A DNA stretch of 64,000 nucleotides, from the IMG/VR virus record IMGVR_UViG_3300034106_005441, positions 577 to 64,576 of that record; one strand, written 5' to 3'. Made by a program: the position numbers and the translations under genes. Positions within the stretch are counted from its first letter, which is position 1, and each line of letters opens with the position of its first letter. This stretch comes from a virus (Duplodnaviria > Caudoviricetes). The notes beneath the pieces were generated by a model that was not told the origin of the DNA, searched no databases, and worked only from the letters and a program-made list of their open reading frames with translations. This document shows positions 27,666 to 38,631 of the stretch, one piece after another.

Positions 27666-28055
27666 TTACTCTGCGGATTGCATGGCCGCAGATGCAGCGG
27701 CTTGCAGTGTCAGTACAGCATTCGCAATTTCAGGTTGGTCGGCGGCGAGAGCAGCGACCTCGCGAAAGGTCGCCTGCTTCTCGGCCTGCCCGCCCATGCC
27801 CGACGCAGCCAGCACCGCATCAAGCTGCTGATTTACAGCAGCCAGACCATTGTGCCGCGCCGCAGCGGTTTTTTCCTGCTCGGCCGTATAGAGCACATGG
27901 AGCTTTTGAGCAGCGGCCCACATTTCTGCGGCTTCGCCCTCGGTCGCAGGCGCAATGCCAGCGGACGCGAGCTTTTCGAAGAAATAGGGGGCAGCCAGTT
28001 GCGCCACAACCGTGGCGTAAGCTTGCTCTGCCGCTTCCTTGATAGTATCAGCCAT
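27666..28055 (-). CDS. Hypothetical head-module protein
   Basis: 129 aa, Ala-rich; KEA, KLA, KTA and KQA motifs; AAGGAG RBS. Confidence 0.65.
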   Translation of the reverse strand: MADTIKEAAEQAYATVVAQLAAPYFFEKLASAGIAPATEGEAAEMWAAAQKLHVLYTAEQEKTAAARHNGLAAVNQQLDAVLAASGMGGQAEKQATFREVAALAADQPEIANAVLTLQAAASAAMQSAE

Positions 28056-28083
28056 TTTTAGTGCTCCTTGTTATTTATACGGC

Positions 28084-29010
28084 TCAGACAAACGTTACCT
28101 TGGCCAGACCGTTCGTGTGACCGAACGAGCCGCCCTGCGTGTTGTACGCAAAGTACTCAAGCATGTAAGCTTCACGACGGATATACATCGTGGTGGGCTC
28201 AAGCTCGTAGTTCTTGCCGATAAACTTCGGCGAGGCGAACATGTACATCACATCGTTCGGGACGAGATTGCGCTTGATCGATACGATCCAGCGGCAGTTG
28301 AGGAAGTTGGTCTCCGCCCAACCGTTCTTGATGATGTCCTGCGAGAAGTCACCACCCATCTCGTCGCGGCCAAACTTGAGGAGCTCCTTAATCGTGATGT
28401 TATTCACGAGGCAGGTCTCCACTTCGAAGTGGCTCGGAGTCGAGGGCATAACCTTCAGGGCGTCAACAATCGTCTCGCGGGTGATACCGCCCGAGATCGT
28501 GACGTTCTGAGGAACGCCCGAGAGCGGGTTGTTAGTATCGACCGTGCCGACGGCGGCGTCCATCGCGGTGATGAACTTGGAGTCTTCCTCAGCCAGCATG
28601 TCCTTGATCATGTTGTCGGACAGAACCTGACGGATGTCGATGACATACGTGCGCAGTTCGTCGACGTCCTTCACAGCGCGGGGCGACACGATCCGGTCAA
28701 ACATGACGCGGTAGCGCGGGCCACGGATGTAGAAGTTGATCGGGAGCGTCGCAAACGGGAGCGACACAGCTGCCGGGGAATCCGGCTCCTTGTCGACCAC
28801 CTTCACCGGCTTGTCCGTGTCAACCTGACGATCAAGTTCGTCGTTGGTGATGGTCAGCGGCGGGATGATACGACGGTAGAAGCCGTCTTCACGCATCTTG
28901 GTGCGCGTGAAGTCGTTAACCGCATCAATGGCCTGCTTCTGCATGCCGGGTGTATCAAGCTGCTCAAACAGCGTTTCGTTGAGCAGTTGGATTTCTTGCT
29001 GAGTGGGCAT
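28084..29010 (-). CDS. Major capsid protein
   Basis: About 308 aa following the protease, scaffold and decoration genes; HK97-like features (RTKMREDGFYRRIIPP, IKDMLAEEDSKFI); biased codon use; start at ATG 29010 behind GGAGG. Confidence 0.75.
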   Translation of the reverse strand: MPTQQEIQLLNETLFEQLDTPGMQKQAIDAVNDFTRTKMREDGFYRRIIPPLTITNDELDRQVDTDKPVKVVDKEPDSPAAVSLPFATLPINFYIRGPRYRVMFDRIVSPRAVKDVDELRTYVIDIRQVLSDNMIKDMLAEEDSKFITAMDAAVGTVDTNNPLSGVPQNVTISGGITRETIVDALKVMPSTPSHFEVETCLVNNITIKELLKFGRDEMGGDFSQDIIKNGWAETNFLNCRWIVSIKRNLVPNDVMYMFASPKFIGKNYELEPTTMYIRREAYMLEYFAYNTQGGSFGHTNGLAKVTFV

Positions 29011-29045
29011 TTTAAAGACCTCCATGTCTTTTGTTAGGGATTAGT

Positions 29046-29603
29046 TCACGGTGTCCAGTTGGTCGCGCCCGGAAGCCAGACGCACCAGAACGAAAGGGCT
29101 TGAATACCATTGTGGTTCGTTGTGGCACCACTGGAAACCACGCCCACAACCGGGTCTACGTACTGCACGACGCCGTCGTTGGTCAGCAAGCCGTCACCGA
29201 CAGCCGGAGTGGCCGTACGTGTGGCGGTGAGCAGATCGCCCGGCTCGTAGTCTTCACCGTCGTCGAACTCCGTGGTGGAGATTTCGTAGCCGCCGGTCGC
29301 TACAAGGCCGGACAACTTGCCAGTCGGGGCGACGGCGAGGTGCATAAACTTTCCGCCGGCAGTCGTGCCGGGGTTAGCGACGTCAGCGTCGGTGCTGCCG
29401 TTAAGCAGGAAGATCGCCACGTTCGTCTTGTGGACGCCCGGAACGAAATCACCGCTGGCGTCCACGTGAACTACGCGACCGCGCTTCACGTCAAAGGTAA
29501 TGCTGGGCGACAGCTTGGCGCTGTAGTCGAGCGACGCCATATCGAACCAGCCCTTTTTGACGTCAAGGCCGTGTTCAAACATCAGATCAGGAGCGTTAGC
29601 CAT
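29046..29603 (-). CDS. Putative capsid decoration/cement protein
   Basis: 185 aa, beta-rich, immediately upstream of the capsid gene; TTEFD..YEPGDLLT motif. Confidence 0.55.
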   Translation of the reverse strand: MANAPDLMFEHGLDVKKGWFDMASLDYSAKLSPSITFDVKRGRVVHVDASGDFVPGVHKTNVAIFLLNGSTDADVANPGTTAGGKFMHLAVAPTGKLSGLVATGGYEISTTEFDDGEDYEPGDLLTATRTATPAVGDGLLTNDGVVQYVDPVVGVVSSGATTNHNGIQALSFWCVWLPGATNWTP

Positions 29604-29641
29604 TTTTAGACCTCCGTGTCTAAGAGAATTATGTTTTTAAA

Positions 29642-30073
29642 TCAGGCAGTGGGCGGATTGAGACCAAGGCCGGTGAACAACTTCACGTCGGAAGCCTTGA
29701 GGCGACCATCGCGGGCACCCACATACCCGCTCGTCAAACTTGTCGAAGGATCGTAACCAGCGGTCTTTTGCTGACCCACCGGCGTACCAAGGCGCGCCAT
29801 TTCAGCGGCGTTCTTGTGCGACGCCAACTTGACCACCAGTTCCATTGTGCGAACCGGGTCGTGCAGTGCCGCCTCAAGCGCTTCCTTCTGATGCGATTCA
29901 ACACGCTCGTGTTCAACGCAAGCCTTAACGGCAGCGGGAATGAGCGCGGCAAGCTTTTCAGCCTGCGCTTCTTGCGTCTTCATCACGGCTGCAGCCTTAG
30001 TCAGCGCAGCATCGGAAAAACCGATGTAGTCGATGACTTTCTGCACAAGCGTGTTTGTCTTATTCGCGGGCAT
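29642..30073 (-). CDS. Hypothetical head-module protein
   Basis: 143 aa, helical, GGAGG RBS. Confidence 0.65.
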   Translation of the reverse strand: MPANKTNTLVQKVIDYIGFSDAALTKAAAVMKTQEAQAEKLAALIPAAVKACVEHERVESHQKEALEAALHDPVRTMELVVKLASHKNAAEMARLGTPVGQQKTAGYDPSTSLTSGYVGARDGRLKASDVKLFTGLGLNPPTA

Positions 30074-30090
30074 TATTAAACCTCCGTAGT

Positions 30091-31485
<1,395 letters not shown>

Positions 31486-31532
31486 GTTTATCTCCTTGTA
31501 GGCCTAATCGTTATTAGCGACTAGCGTCTTTT

Positions 31533-32996
31533 TCACGTGACATAATTTTGCAGTACACACTGGTTGGCTGTCAACAAGTTATTCCGGTATTTTTCGCTCG
31601 CGGCGGCGAAGGCAGCAATCTTATACAAAGCGTAATGCTTGGCAAGAGCCGTTTCAGCAGTACCGCAAGCTCGTTTCTCTTGTTGAATATTTGCCGGTTT
31701 GAGGTTTCGGATCGCCGCGAGGTACGCCCGCTTTTCAACTTGCGGCGCCAACACGCTGTGTGTCGTGGCTGCTTTTTCAGCCCACAACAGCACAGCCGGC
31801 GAGGCATTATCAGCGGGATAAAACTTGTTGTTTTCTAGCGACGAAACGATGTCTTCTTCAGCAGCCAGTTTGGAAAAAATGTTTGGTAAAGCGTGCGTTA
31901 CCGCGCTGACAAGATCAACATTAGCAGATTTGACTGTTAACGCCAAAAAGTCGCGTACCGGAAGAATTACTCCGGCGTCGGCTAAGCCTCTTAAAACCTC
32001 AGCCATTTTAGCAAACGGACACGAATTTACATCAAGAGTTGGTTGTACGCCGGGGTGACTAGCTAACGCTGTTTGAGTCCAACCGGCGTTTTTGTTAACA
32101 AGTTCTTGCTCGGCGGCGGCCAGTTGTTGCAGGGCACGCAACTGCTGGGCAGCGCGTTTGGAGGCAAACGTGGCGTCTAAGCCAAACGGCATGGTTACGC
32201 CCATCTGCTCGGCAAGCTCGGCGCCGGAGATAACAGCATTACTAGCTGCTTTTTCCAGCCGGCCAGATACGTAGGCAATACGATCGGCCGGGCGGAATAC
32301 GTGGGAGATATCAAAAAACGAGGGGTTCGGGTTGTCGGCGTGCAGAATATGCCCGTCTGCCATCACCCGGCCAATATTGTGCTTTAAACCGCCCGCCTTG
32401 CAGTGTCCGCCGTTCTCTGCTGAGTCGCAATATTCGGCGCGCGTCCGGGCTGTGTTGCCGCAGGCAGAGCACTTATCGAACGGAATCTTGCAGGCCATGG
32501 AAACTGGGATGTCCTGCTCGTTTGACAGCTTCTCCATCTCCTTGTCGGCGAGCAGGCCGCCGTTTCGCTCGGCAGCTTCTTTGCTGCCGTTTAAGGCGCA
32601 AATCAGTTCAATGCGCTTCATCGGCTCGTTGTAGTAGGACGCCTTCACCAGCCCGAAGCTTTTAGCTGGGTTCTTGTTGGCGTGGTCTCTATAAAACCGC
32701 GCGAACTTCTCGAACGTCGGGTGGTACTGGCGGCAGCAGTCACGTGTAAAGCCGTCGCCGTTGCGGTTCGGGCCGTAGTCTTCCGTGGCGCCAATCGCAA
32801 TGAGGTGGACGGGGATTTCGTCTTTGGCGAACTTGATCGTCGAAACTTTTTCAACGAATTCGGCTCCTGCGCGCTTTACGAACGCCTGCTTGTCGTGGCC
32901 AATGATGCCGCGGCTAGAGACTTTAATCAGCGCGGCTACCGGCTCGCTAAAATCTTGTGCGTGCGGCTGAATTACTTTGATCATGCTCATGGGCAA
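31533..32996 (-). CDS. Putative prohead (maturation) protease
   Basis: NRNGDGF, YRDHAN (His), VSMACK (Ser), CSACGN zinc knuckle, FFDISHVFRPAD; located upstream of scaffold and capsid genes. Confidence 0.65.
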   Translation of the reverse strand: MPMSMIKVIQPHAQDFSEPVAALIKVSSRGIIGHDKQAFVKRAGAEFVEKVSTIKFAKDEIPVHLIAIGATEDYGPNRNGDGFTRDCCRQYHPTFEKFARFYRDHANKNPAKSFGLVKASYYNEPMKRIELICALNGSKEAAERNGGLLADKEMEKLSNEQDIPVSMACKIPFDKCSACGNTARTRAEYCDSAENGGHCKAGGLKHNIGRVMADGHILHADNPNPSFFDISHVFRPADRIAYVSGRLEKAASNAVISGAELAEQMGVTMPFGLDATFASKRAAQQLRALQQLAAAEQELVNKNAGWTQTALASHPGVQPTLDVNSCPFAKMAEVLRGLADAGVILPVRDFLALTVKSANVDLVSAVTHALPNIFSKLAAEEDIVSSLENNKFYPADNASPAVLLWAEKAATTHSVLAPQVEKRAYLAAIRNLKPANIQQEKRACGTAETALAKHYALYKIAAFAAASEKYRNNLLTANQCVLQNYVT

Positions 32997-33001
32997 TGTC
33001 C

Positions 33002-34531
33002 TTACAGCAGGTCAGCGCCAAGGCGCCTAGTTTCGTTGTACAGTTTATCTCGCTCGGCGCGGACCTTTTCCATATCCAACAGTTGCTTTACGTCAAAGTC
33101 GGCGAGACTGCCCGCCTCAAGACGTTTCCTCAAAACAGAGCGCAACATGCCGGGAGCCTCGATAAGCGTCGGCGATAATTCGGCTACGTCGTTAAAGGCC
33201 ATGGCCACGTCCTGCGGATCGTAACCAGAAATTACCGGATCGTTTAAAATCAAGTCGTGCAGCACGCCCTTTGCGCGAATACTCTTTAGCGCCGATTCAT
33301 GTTCCGGATCGTATAGTTTGTCGTATTGTTTTTTAAGTTCTTTTTTAGAGTCGACTGGTCCCATGCCGGCCATTTCTGCGGCATTGCTGGCGCCCATAGC
33401 TTGCCCGACAGCCTTTACGGGCGACGTCAGCATGCCAAAATCAGTTTTAAACTCTAGCGGCTTTGGACTATCTGTCTTTTTATCAACAGGTTTTTTGTCG
33501 GGCGCGTCGAACGGATCGCCGAACGGCGTCAAAGCTGCCGGAAGCCGCGTGGCGATATTGGTGGCCTGCGGCGCACGATTGTTATAAATCGCCTGCTGCA
33601 TTTGGCCTGTCGGCAGCCGAATGCTTACAACGTTCGCTTCTTTAAGCTCCAGCGGCTCCTCGGCGGGATTGTGCAAGATAGAACCGGTAATAAACTCTGG
33701 TACTTCTTTCTTACAAAATCCCGCGTCAGCTTTTTTTGTGGCTACCCGACTCTGTGCCTCGTTGTAATGCTCTACCGCGCCAATTACCTCTTCTACGATC
33801 TTGTACAGCGGGTCATGGCCGTAGTGGTTCTTGCCGGTGTCCGCCTGTTTTGTAAAGTGCGGATACACGGCCGCGATCTTCTGCAGAACGCTCACGCCGC
33901 TGGGGCCAAGCCGCAAGCCGACCTCACGCAAAGCGTCTCCAAACGGCATATTGCCGGGCGTACGAAAATAAGTATTTAATTCGTCGAGGCTGCTGGCCGC
34001 TTTCTGATAAGCCGCGGCGGCTTGCCGCCGCGTTTCTTCTGCCGCACGCAGTGCGGCATTTTTTTCGCTGTGCGCCCGCATGACAGCCGCGTGCTCGTCG
34101 CGCGGTGGCGGGGTCCATGTCTTCTCCGGAAGCGCTACAGCGGCGCTCGCGGCCTTCTGCATCACCTCGCGGCGCCTGTTCAGGAAGCCGGACGGCGGCA
34201 CGGCATATTCAGTGGAGACAACTTCAGATCGCTTCAACTCAGCCGAAGTCTTTACTTGTTCTGGGTACAGCGCGTTTAAAACTACTGTCGCGTCGGCCAA
34301 CTTGAAGTCAGCAGCCTTTTCCAGCGTGTTGTCGCCGGACTCTCGCTGTTTAGTGGTGCGGCCGGTGTTGTAGGCGTGCACCATAAGATTAATGTGGCCG
34401 GCTGGGATATTCGCGTCACCAGCGCTCTTAATAATCGCGTCATTGGGCTCGGCGCCCTCGTTCACGAGCGACGCGGCTCGCTCAATAGCCGAGATTAACT
34501 TGCGCTCGGCTTCCTTGGTGAGTGTACGCAT
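33002..34531 (-). CDS. Hypothetical head-module protein
   Basis: 509 aa, helical, numerous KxA motifs. Confidence 0.65.
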   Translation of the reverse strand: MRTLTKEAERKLISAIERAASLVNEGAEPNDAIIKSAGDANIPAGHINLMVHAYNTGRTTKQRESGDNTLEKAADFKLADATVVLNALYPEQVKTSAELKRSEVVSTEYAVPPSGFLNRRREVMQKAASAAVALPEKTWTPPPRDEHAAVMRAHSEKNAALRAAEETRRQAAAAYQKAASSLDELNTYFRTPGNMPFGDALREVGLRLGPSGVSVLQKIAAVYPHFTKQADTGKNHYGHDPLYKIVEEVIGAVEHYNEAQSRVATKKADAGFCKKEVPEFITGSILHNPAEEPLELKEANVVSIRLPTGQMQQAIYNNRAPQATNIATRLPAALTPFGDPFDAPDKKPVDKKTDSPKPLEFKTDFGMLTSPVKAVGQAMGASNAAEMAGMGPVDSKKELKKQYDKLYDPEHESALKSIRAKGVLHDLILNDPVISGYDPQDVAMAFNDVAELSPTLIEAPGMLRSVLRKRLEAGSLADFDVKQLLDMEKVRAERDKLYNETRRLGADLL

Positions 34532-34532
34532 T

Positions 34533-35459
34533 TTATTCTCCCGGGAAATTCAAATCTTTAACTTCGGCGGCGTCGATGGTGCCGCCGACGGCAATAATCA
34601 TCATTTCGTTACTGCGTAGTTCTGCTGCGCCGTTATCAAAGGGTAACATTTTTGCCCCTTCGGAATCCAGTTTAGTGCCAATTTTGAACGGCATGCTAGT
34701 CAACATTGTGCCGATATTGTCGATAATGGACGTCTGCGCTTTCATAGCGTTATCCGTGGTCCGCTCAATTTCTACGTATTTCACAAACGCCTCGATAAGC
34801 GGCAATTGCGTGTGCGTATTGACCGGAATAGTTACGGCAGCCAGCGCGGCCTTATACTTCATTGTATTGACGGCAAAATCCTGTAAAAAGACACCCACCT
34901 CGTCCGCTGAGTTGGGTCGCGGTACAGCCGGCCCGCGGTTAATGGTGGCGTCTAAAACATGCGGGCCGCCTTGTATGGCCATCATTTTCCAGAGCAGGTC
35001 GTAATGCCGCTCGTTCAGGCCGCGAGTCACCGCGTCGCCTAAAATGACGGTTTGGACGTAATCCATGTGGCGCATTTTGCTGCGCACATCAAAAAATACG
35101 TTTATGTACGCATTAATTACACCCGGATCAGCGCCAATCTTTTCGGCGATCTCCTCGTTTGACTCGCCTGCTAACACACGGGCTTCCAGCGCCCAGCGCG
35201 TCTGATTCTTGTCTTCCGCCCAGATAGAGTGCGCCCAGAACATGTCTCGGTCGCGGAGCATGGCAGCGTACAGGGCTTCAGAACGCCCTGCCGCGCGCTC
35301 TACGTGGCGCTTGTTGCGCAGAGCCCGGCGAATCCAGATAAAGCCGTCCTGCCCGTCAATCTGTCGCGTCGCTTTTTGGCCGCCAGCGTCAATCTCGCAC
35401 GCCCGCGCCCAGCGCCAGTGTGGAAATCGTTTGCTGTGGTCTTTACAAGACTTGAGCAT
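34533..35459 (-). CDS. Hypothetical protein with HTH-like segment
   Basis: ESNEEIAEKIGADPGVINAY. Confidence 0.6.
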   Translation of the reverse strand: MLKSCKDHSKRFPHWRWARACEIDAGGQKATRQIDGQDGFIWIRRALRNKRHVERAAGRSEALYAAMLRDRDMFWAHSIWAEDKNQTRWALEARVLAGESNEEIAEKIGADPGVINAYINVFFDVRSKMRHMDYVQTVILGDAVTRGLNERHYDLLWKMMAIQGGPHVLDATINRGPAVPRPNSADEVGVFLQDFAVNTMKYKAALAAVTIPVNTHTQLPLIEAFVKYVEIERTTDNAMKAQTSIIDNIGTMLTSMPFKIGTKLDSEGAKMLPFDNGAAELRSNEMMIIAVGGTIDAAEVKDLNFPGE

Positions 35460-35462
35460 GCA

Positions 35463-35852
35463 TTATCGCAGCGTCGGGGTATCTACCGTGACAGAGAACA
35501 CATAGTTCTTGTTGCCAGAACCGGCCGGCGTAATTTTAAGATACAAATAACGCACCGGCGTCGAAGGCTTGCCGTCGCGATTCAAATACGAAAGATTTAA
35601 GTCTTCGTCCGCCGGCGTCGATTGATCGAACGACAGCAATTTGAACGACGCCTCGGGCAGCGTGTTGTTCGGCGCCTCGGCCCGCTTGCTAGTGTACAGT
35701 GTCGCCGTGAAATTACCGGCGCTGCCGACGTCCGCCGCAATAAGGCTGTAACCCTTCAAAATACCGCGGTGCGGCATCGGGATGTCGACAACCGTCGCCG
35801 TACCAGCCGGAACTGTGAAAGATTTACTGCCGGACCAAACTGTGCTGGGCAT
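35463..35852 (-). CDS. Hypothetical beta-rich protein
   Basis: 129 aa, AGGTG RBS, tightly packed. Confidence 0.6.
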   Translation of the reverse strand: MPSTVWSGSKSFTVPAGTATVVDIPMPHRGILKGYSLIAADVGSAGNFTATLYTSKRAEAPNNTLPEASFKLLSFDQSTPADEDLNLSYLNRDGKPSTPVRYLYLKITPAGSGNKNYVFSVTVDTPTLR

Positions 35853-35861
35853 AATTCACCT

Positions 35862-38585
35862 TTAAACGTTAGCGGAGGGTCCGAGATCGACGTCGCCCGA
35901 CGACTCTTCCGGGTACGGCTCAATAGTCTTTTGCTTCAGGAATAGAATCACGTCGCCAAGCATTTCAAACGCATTGCGCAGCGAGTCTTCCAATTCCGGC
36001 ATGTCAGCTTTGCCGTAGCGGTCGGCGAACCGGTCGCCGTGCCAGTAGAACATAAACAAGATACGGCCCAGCTTGTCGAGGCCCTTGGTAAGCTCGCCCA
36101 TGTAACGATCTACGAGGCCGTCGTCGCGCACGGCGCGCAACATGGTGCCGATCATGGCGGTATCAAACACTTCACGCTGGCCGCTTTGCGCCGCCTGCAT
36201 GACCTGTTGTACGGCGCCCTGATCCAGTTCCGTGTTGGGGTTGTACACACTGCGATCTGTCTGGCTGGCTGACATGCCGGGCACCGGCACGCCGACATCA
36301 ATGCCAAGCTGCGTCGGAACGCTCGTGCCCATGATGCTCTCGCCGCCCATTACCGGACCCGGATCGGCCGGGGCTGTGGGCGCGTTCTGAATCATCATCG
36401 GCGAGCCATACGGGTTCGCATACTTAACGTGGCAGGCGAATTTTCGCTTAGCCCGAGCCCGCGAAAGAATTTCGCGGGCATTTTTTTCGCGCAAGCCGTG
36501 CCGGGCTACCAGCGACACAAGGGCTTCCTTCTCAGAAAGTTCTTTCTCGATCGATTGCTTTTTGGGGCTGTGAATCTCGACCGCGGTGCCGTTGTGATAC
36601 ACAGTCAGGCTCGACAGTTTTTGCATCATTACAAGCTGGGCGTCAGCAAGATTGCCCGGCATCAGCGGCGGGTTATCGCTCTCGCCGCAGCCGCAGGTGC
36701 TCTGCCCGTCAAGTTCGCCGTCATCTTCACCGGGCGCGCACTTGAGCAGCTTGAAGCCTTCGGGAATAAAGATGTCGCCCATGCTGGAACGAATCGACCG
36801 GCCGCCCTTGGCGTTTAAATGAACCCGCACGCCGTCACGGTACTTGTCGTAATTCAGCGGGTCGGTGTAGCAGCATGGCGAGATCGAACCCTTGGGCGGG
36901 AACTTAGAGTGGTCTTCCATGTGGACTTCGTAGGCGTTACCGGCAAACTCCGTCTCGCCATATTCGCGGATCACACGAAACGGCACTGTCGAGTCGCCCG
37001 ATTTGCTGATCGCCATGTAGCGCCCGCTCTTGGACACGCTGTTGGCGTCCGAAAGACCGTTAAACCACGAATCAAACTCGTCACCCTCGACGCGCGCAAA
37101 ACAGAACACATGGTCGGCGCGGGTGTTAATCCACTCCGGCTTGCCTTCGGTGCGCACGACGGTCACGAAATCAGAACGCTTGGCCGGACCCTGCGGATAC
37201 ACGGCGATGTAGCACTTCTCGATCTCGCCCGGCTTGACCAGCACCATGTACAGGCCGCTCTGGGTCGGATTAAACAACTTCTGCTCGACCTGAATTTGAT
37301 AGGGGACGGAAACATTGTCCCGGTCGCGCTTGTCGGTGATCAACACGCCGTCGCGCAGAAGCTTCTCTTGATCTTCTTCGGTATAGCCGGGCGGTAAAGC
37401 TGTTTGAACTGTGGCGTCGTAAGTCACAACCTTCAGCGTCGACTCGGCTTTCGGGGTTTCTGGTGCCTCTGACAAGACACTGGCGATTTTGACTTGATTC
37501 TGGCGCGCCGTGGCGGTGGCGATGGCTTCTTTAATGATGTCTAAGCCGTGAAACTCGTCGATAGCTTTGGCCATCTGCGGGGCGTATTGGCACGTCTGCA
37601 CCAATTTAGCGATAGTCTGCAGCCCAGCTTGTTTAAGAAACTCGCGGAGGTTGAGCTTGTGACCGAGTTCTTCAAAAGCCAGCTTGGTGTTCATCGTGGC
37701 AGTTTTAGCCAATGCTGGCATCACCGCTGTCATCATTTCTTTTAATGTCGGGTCAGCCGCCGCAATCTTTTTTTGCTGGGCCGCGTGAGCCGCGAGCATT
37801 TTTCGAGTTTGCTCTTGTTCTTTTCGTGCGCCGGCGATGTATTGCTGCAGAATTTTGTGTTTTTGAGCTTGAGAGAGCGGCACACGCAGATCAGCGGTGT
37901 AACCCTCGTTTTCATCACCAGCGTATTGGATATTTTTCAGTAAATCTGGTTCTAGACCATGCGCAAACCACGGCAACGTTTTGGGGCCGTATTTGTACTT
38001 ATTGCTGCCAGAATACAGTTCCAAATTTTCACCAGAATGATCCAACGTTTGGCCGCCAACCTCATACGCGTTTTTCTCGTACATTGTCGGGCGCGCGGAA
38101 CCGAACTTAGCCGGGCTGCGCGAAAGCTGTGTGAAGTCAGGCTGCCGCTGGCCGAACTGCGTGAGATTTTTATCAATACCGGCGCCAAGAATGCTGGGCT
38201 TGCGATTAATGAGGTAGTTGACCCAGTTCTCTTTGAGCGGGACGAACATATCCTGATTCTTGATATACAGGAGTTCGTGGCCCTTGAGGTCGCCGTTCAA
38301 GAAGAAAACCGGGGCATATAACCACATGGAGCCGACTTTAAACGCAAAGACTCCAACAGCTTTGGTGTTCTCACGGTTACGGTCGAGAAGCTGGAAGCCA
38401 ATCTCATGGTCCATCAGTTTCGGGGCAGAATCCCGAAGGTAGGCGTGGGCCAGATTAGAAAAAGCCTGTTCAAACGCCACGTCGTCACCGCGGCCACCAA
38501 TCTCGGCGGTTTTAGTACGGTCATGCGACCGGACGACGTTTAACCAGTGCTTCCACGAAGCTTCTTTGGACTTTTTATTAAACAC
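35862..38585 (-). CDS. Large hypothetical head-module protein
   Basis: 907 aa, GTG start behind GGAGG, many KxA motifs. Confidence 0.7.
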   Translation of the reverse strand: MFNKKSKEASWKHWLNVVRSHDRTKTAEIGGRGDDVAFEQAFSNLAHAYLRDSAPKLMDHEIGFQLLDRNRENTKAVGVFAFKVGSMWLYAPVFFLNGDLKGHELLYIKNQDMFVPLKENWVNYLINRKPSILGAGIDKNLTQFGQRQPDFTQLSRSPAKFGSARPTMYEKNAYEVGGQTLDHSGENLELYSGSNKYKYGPKTLPWFAHGLEPDLLKNIQYAGDENEGYTADLRVPLSQAQKHKILQQYIAGARKEQEQTRKMLAAHAAQQKKIAAADPTLKEMMTAVMPALAKTATMNTKLAFEELGHKLNLREFLKQAGLQTIAKLVQTCQYAPQMAKAIDEFHGLDIIKEAIATATARQNQVKIASVLSEAPETPKAESTLKVVTYDATVQTALPPGYTEEDQEKLLRDGVLITDKRDRDNVSVPYQIQVEQKLFNPTQSGLYMVLVKPGEIEKCYIAVYPQGPAKRSDFVTVVRTEGKPEWINTRADHVFCFARVEGDEFDSWFNGLSDANSVSKSGRYMAISKSGDSTVPFRVIREYGETEFAGNAYEVHMEDHSKFPPKGSISPCCYTDPLNYDKYRDGVRVHLNAKGGRSIRSSMGDIFIPEGFKLLKCAPGEDDGELDGQSTCGCGESDNPPLMPGNLADAQLVMMQKLSSLTVYHNGTAVEIHSPKKQSIEKELSEKEALVSLVARHGLREKNAREILSRARAKRKFACHVKYANPYGSPMMIQNAPTAPADPGPVMGGESIMGTSVPTQLGIDVGVPVPGMSASQTDRSVYNPNTELDQGAVQQVMQAAQSGQREVFDTAMIGTMLRAVRDDGLVDRYMGELTKGLDKLGRILFMFYWHGDRFADRYGKADMPELEDSLRNAFEMLGDVILFLKQKTIEPYPEESSGDVDLGPSANV

Positions 38586-38631
38586 AGAGCCACCTCCATG
38601 CGGCAGATATTAAACTCATACCCCTACCAAT

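Noticed and set aside
34533-35459. Small terminase or portal assignment
   Set aside because: Only an HTH-like segment is visible; no terminase or portal motifs could be recognised in the window
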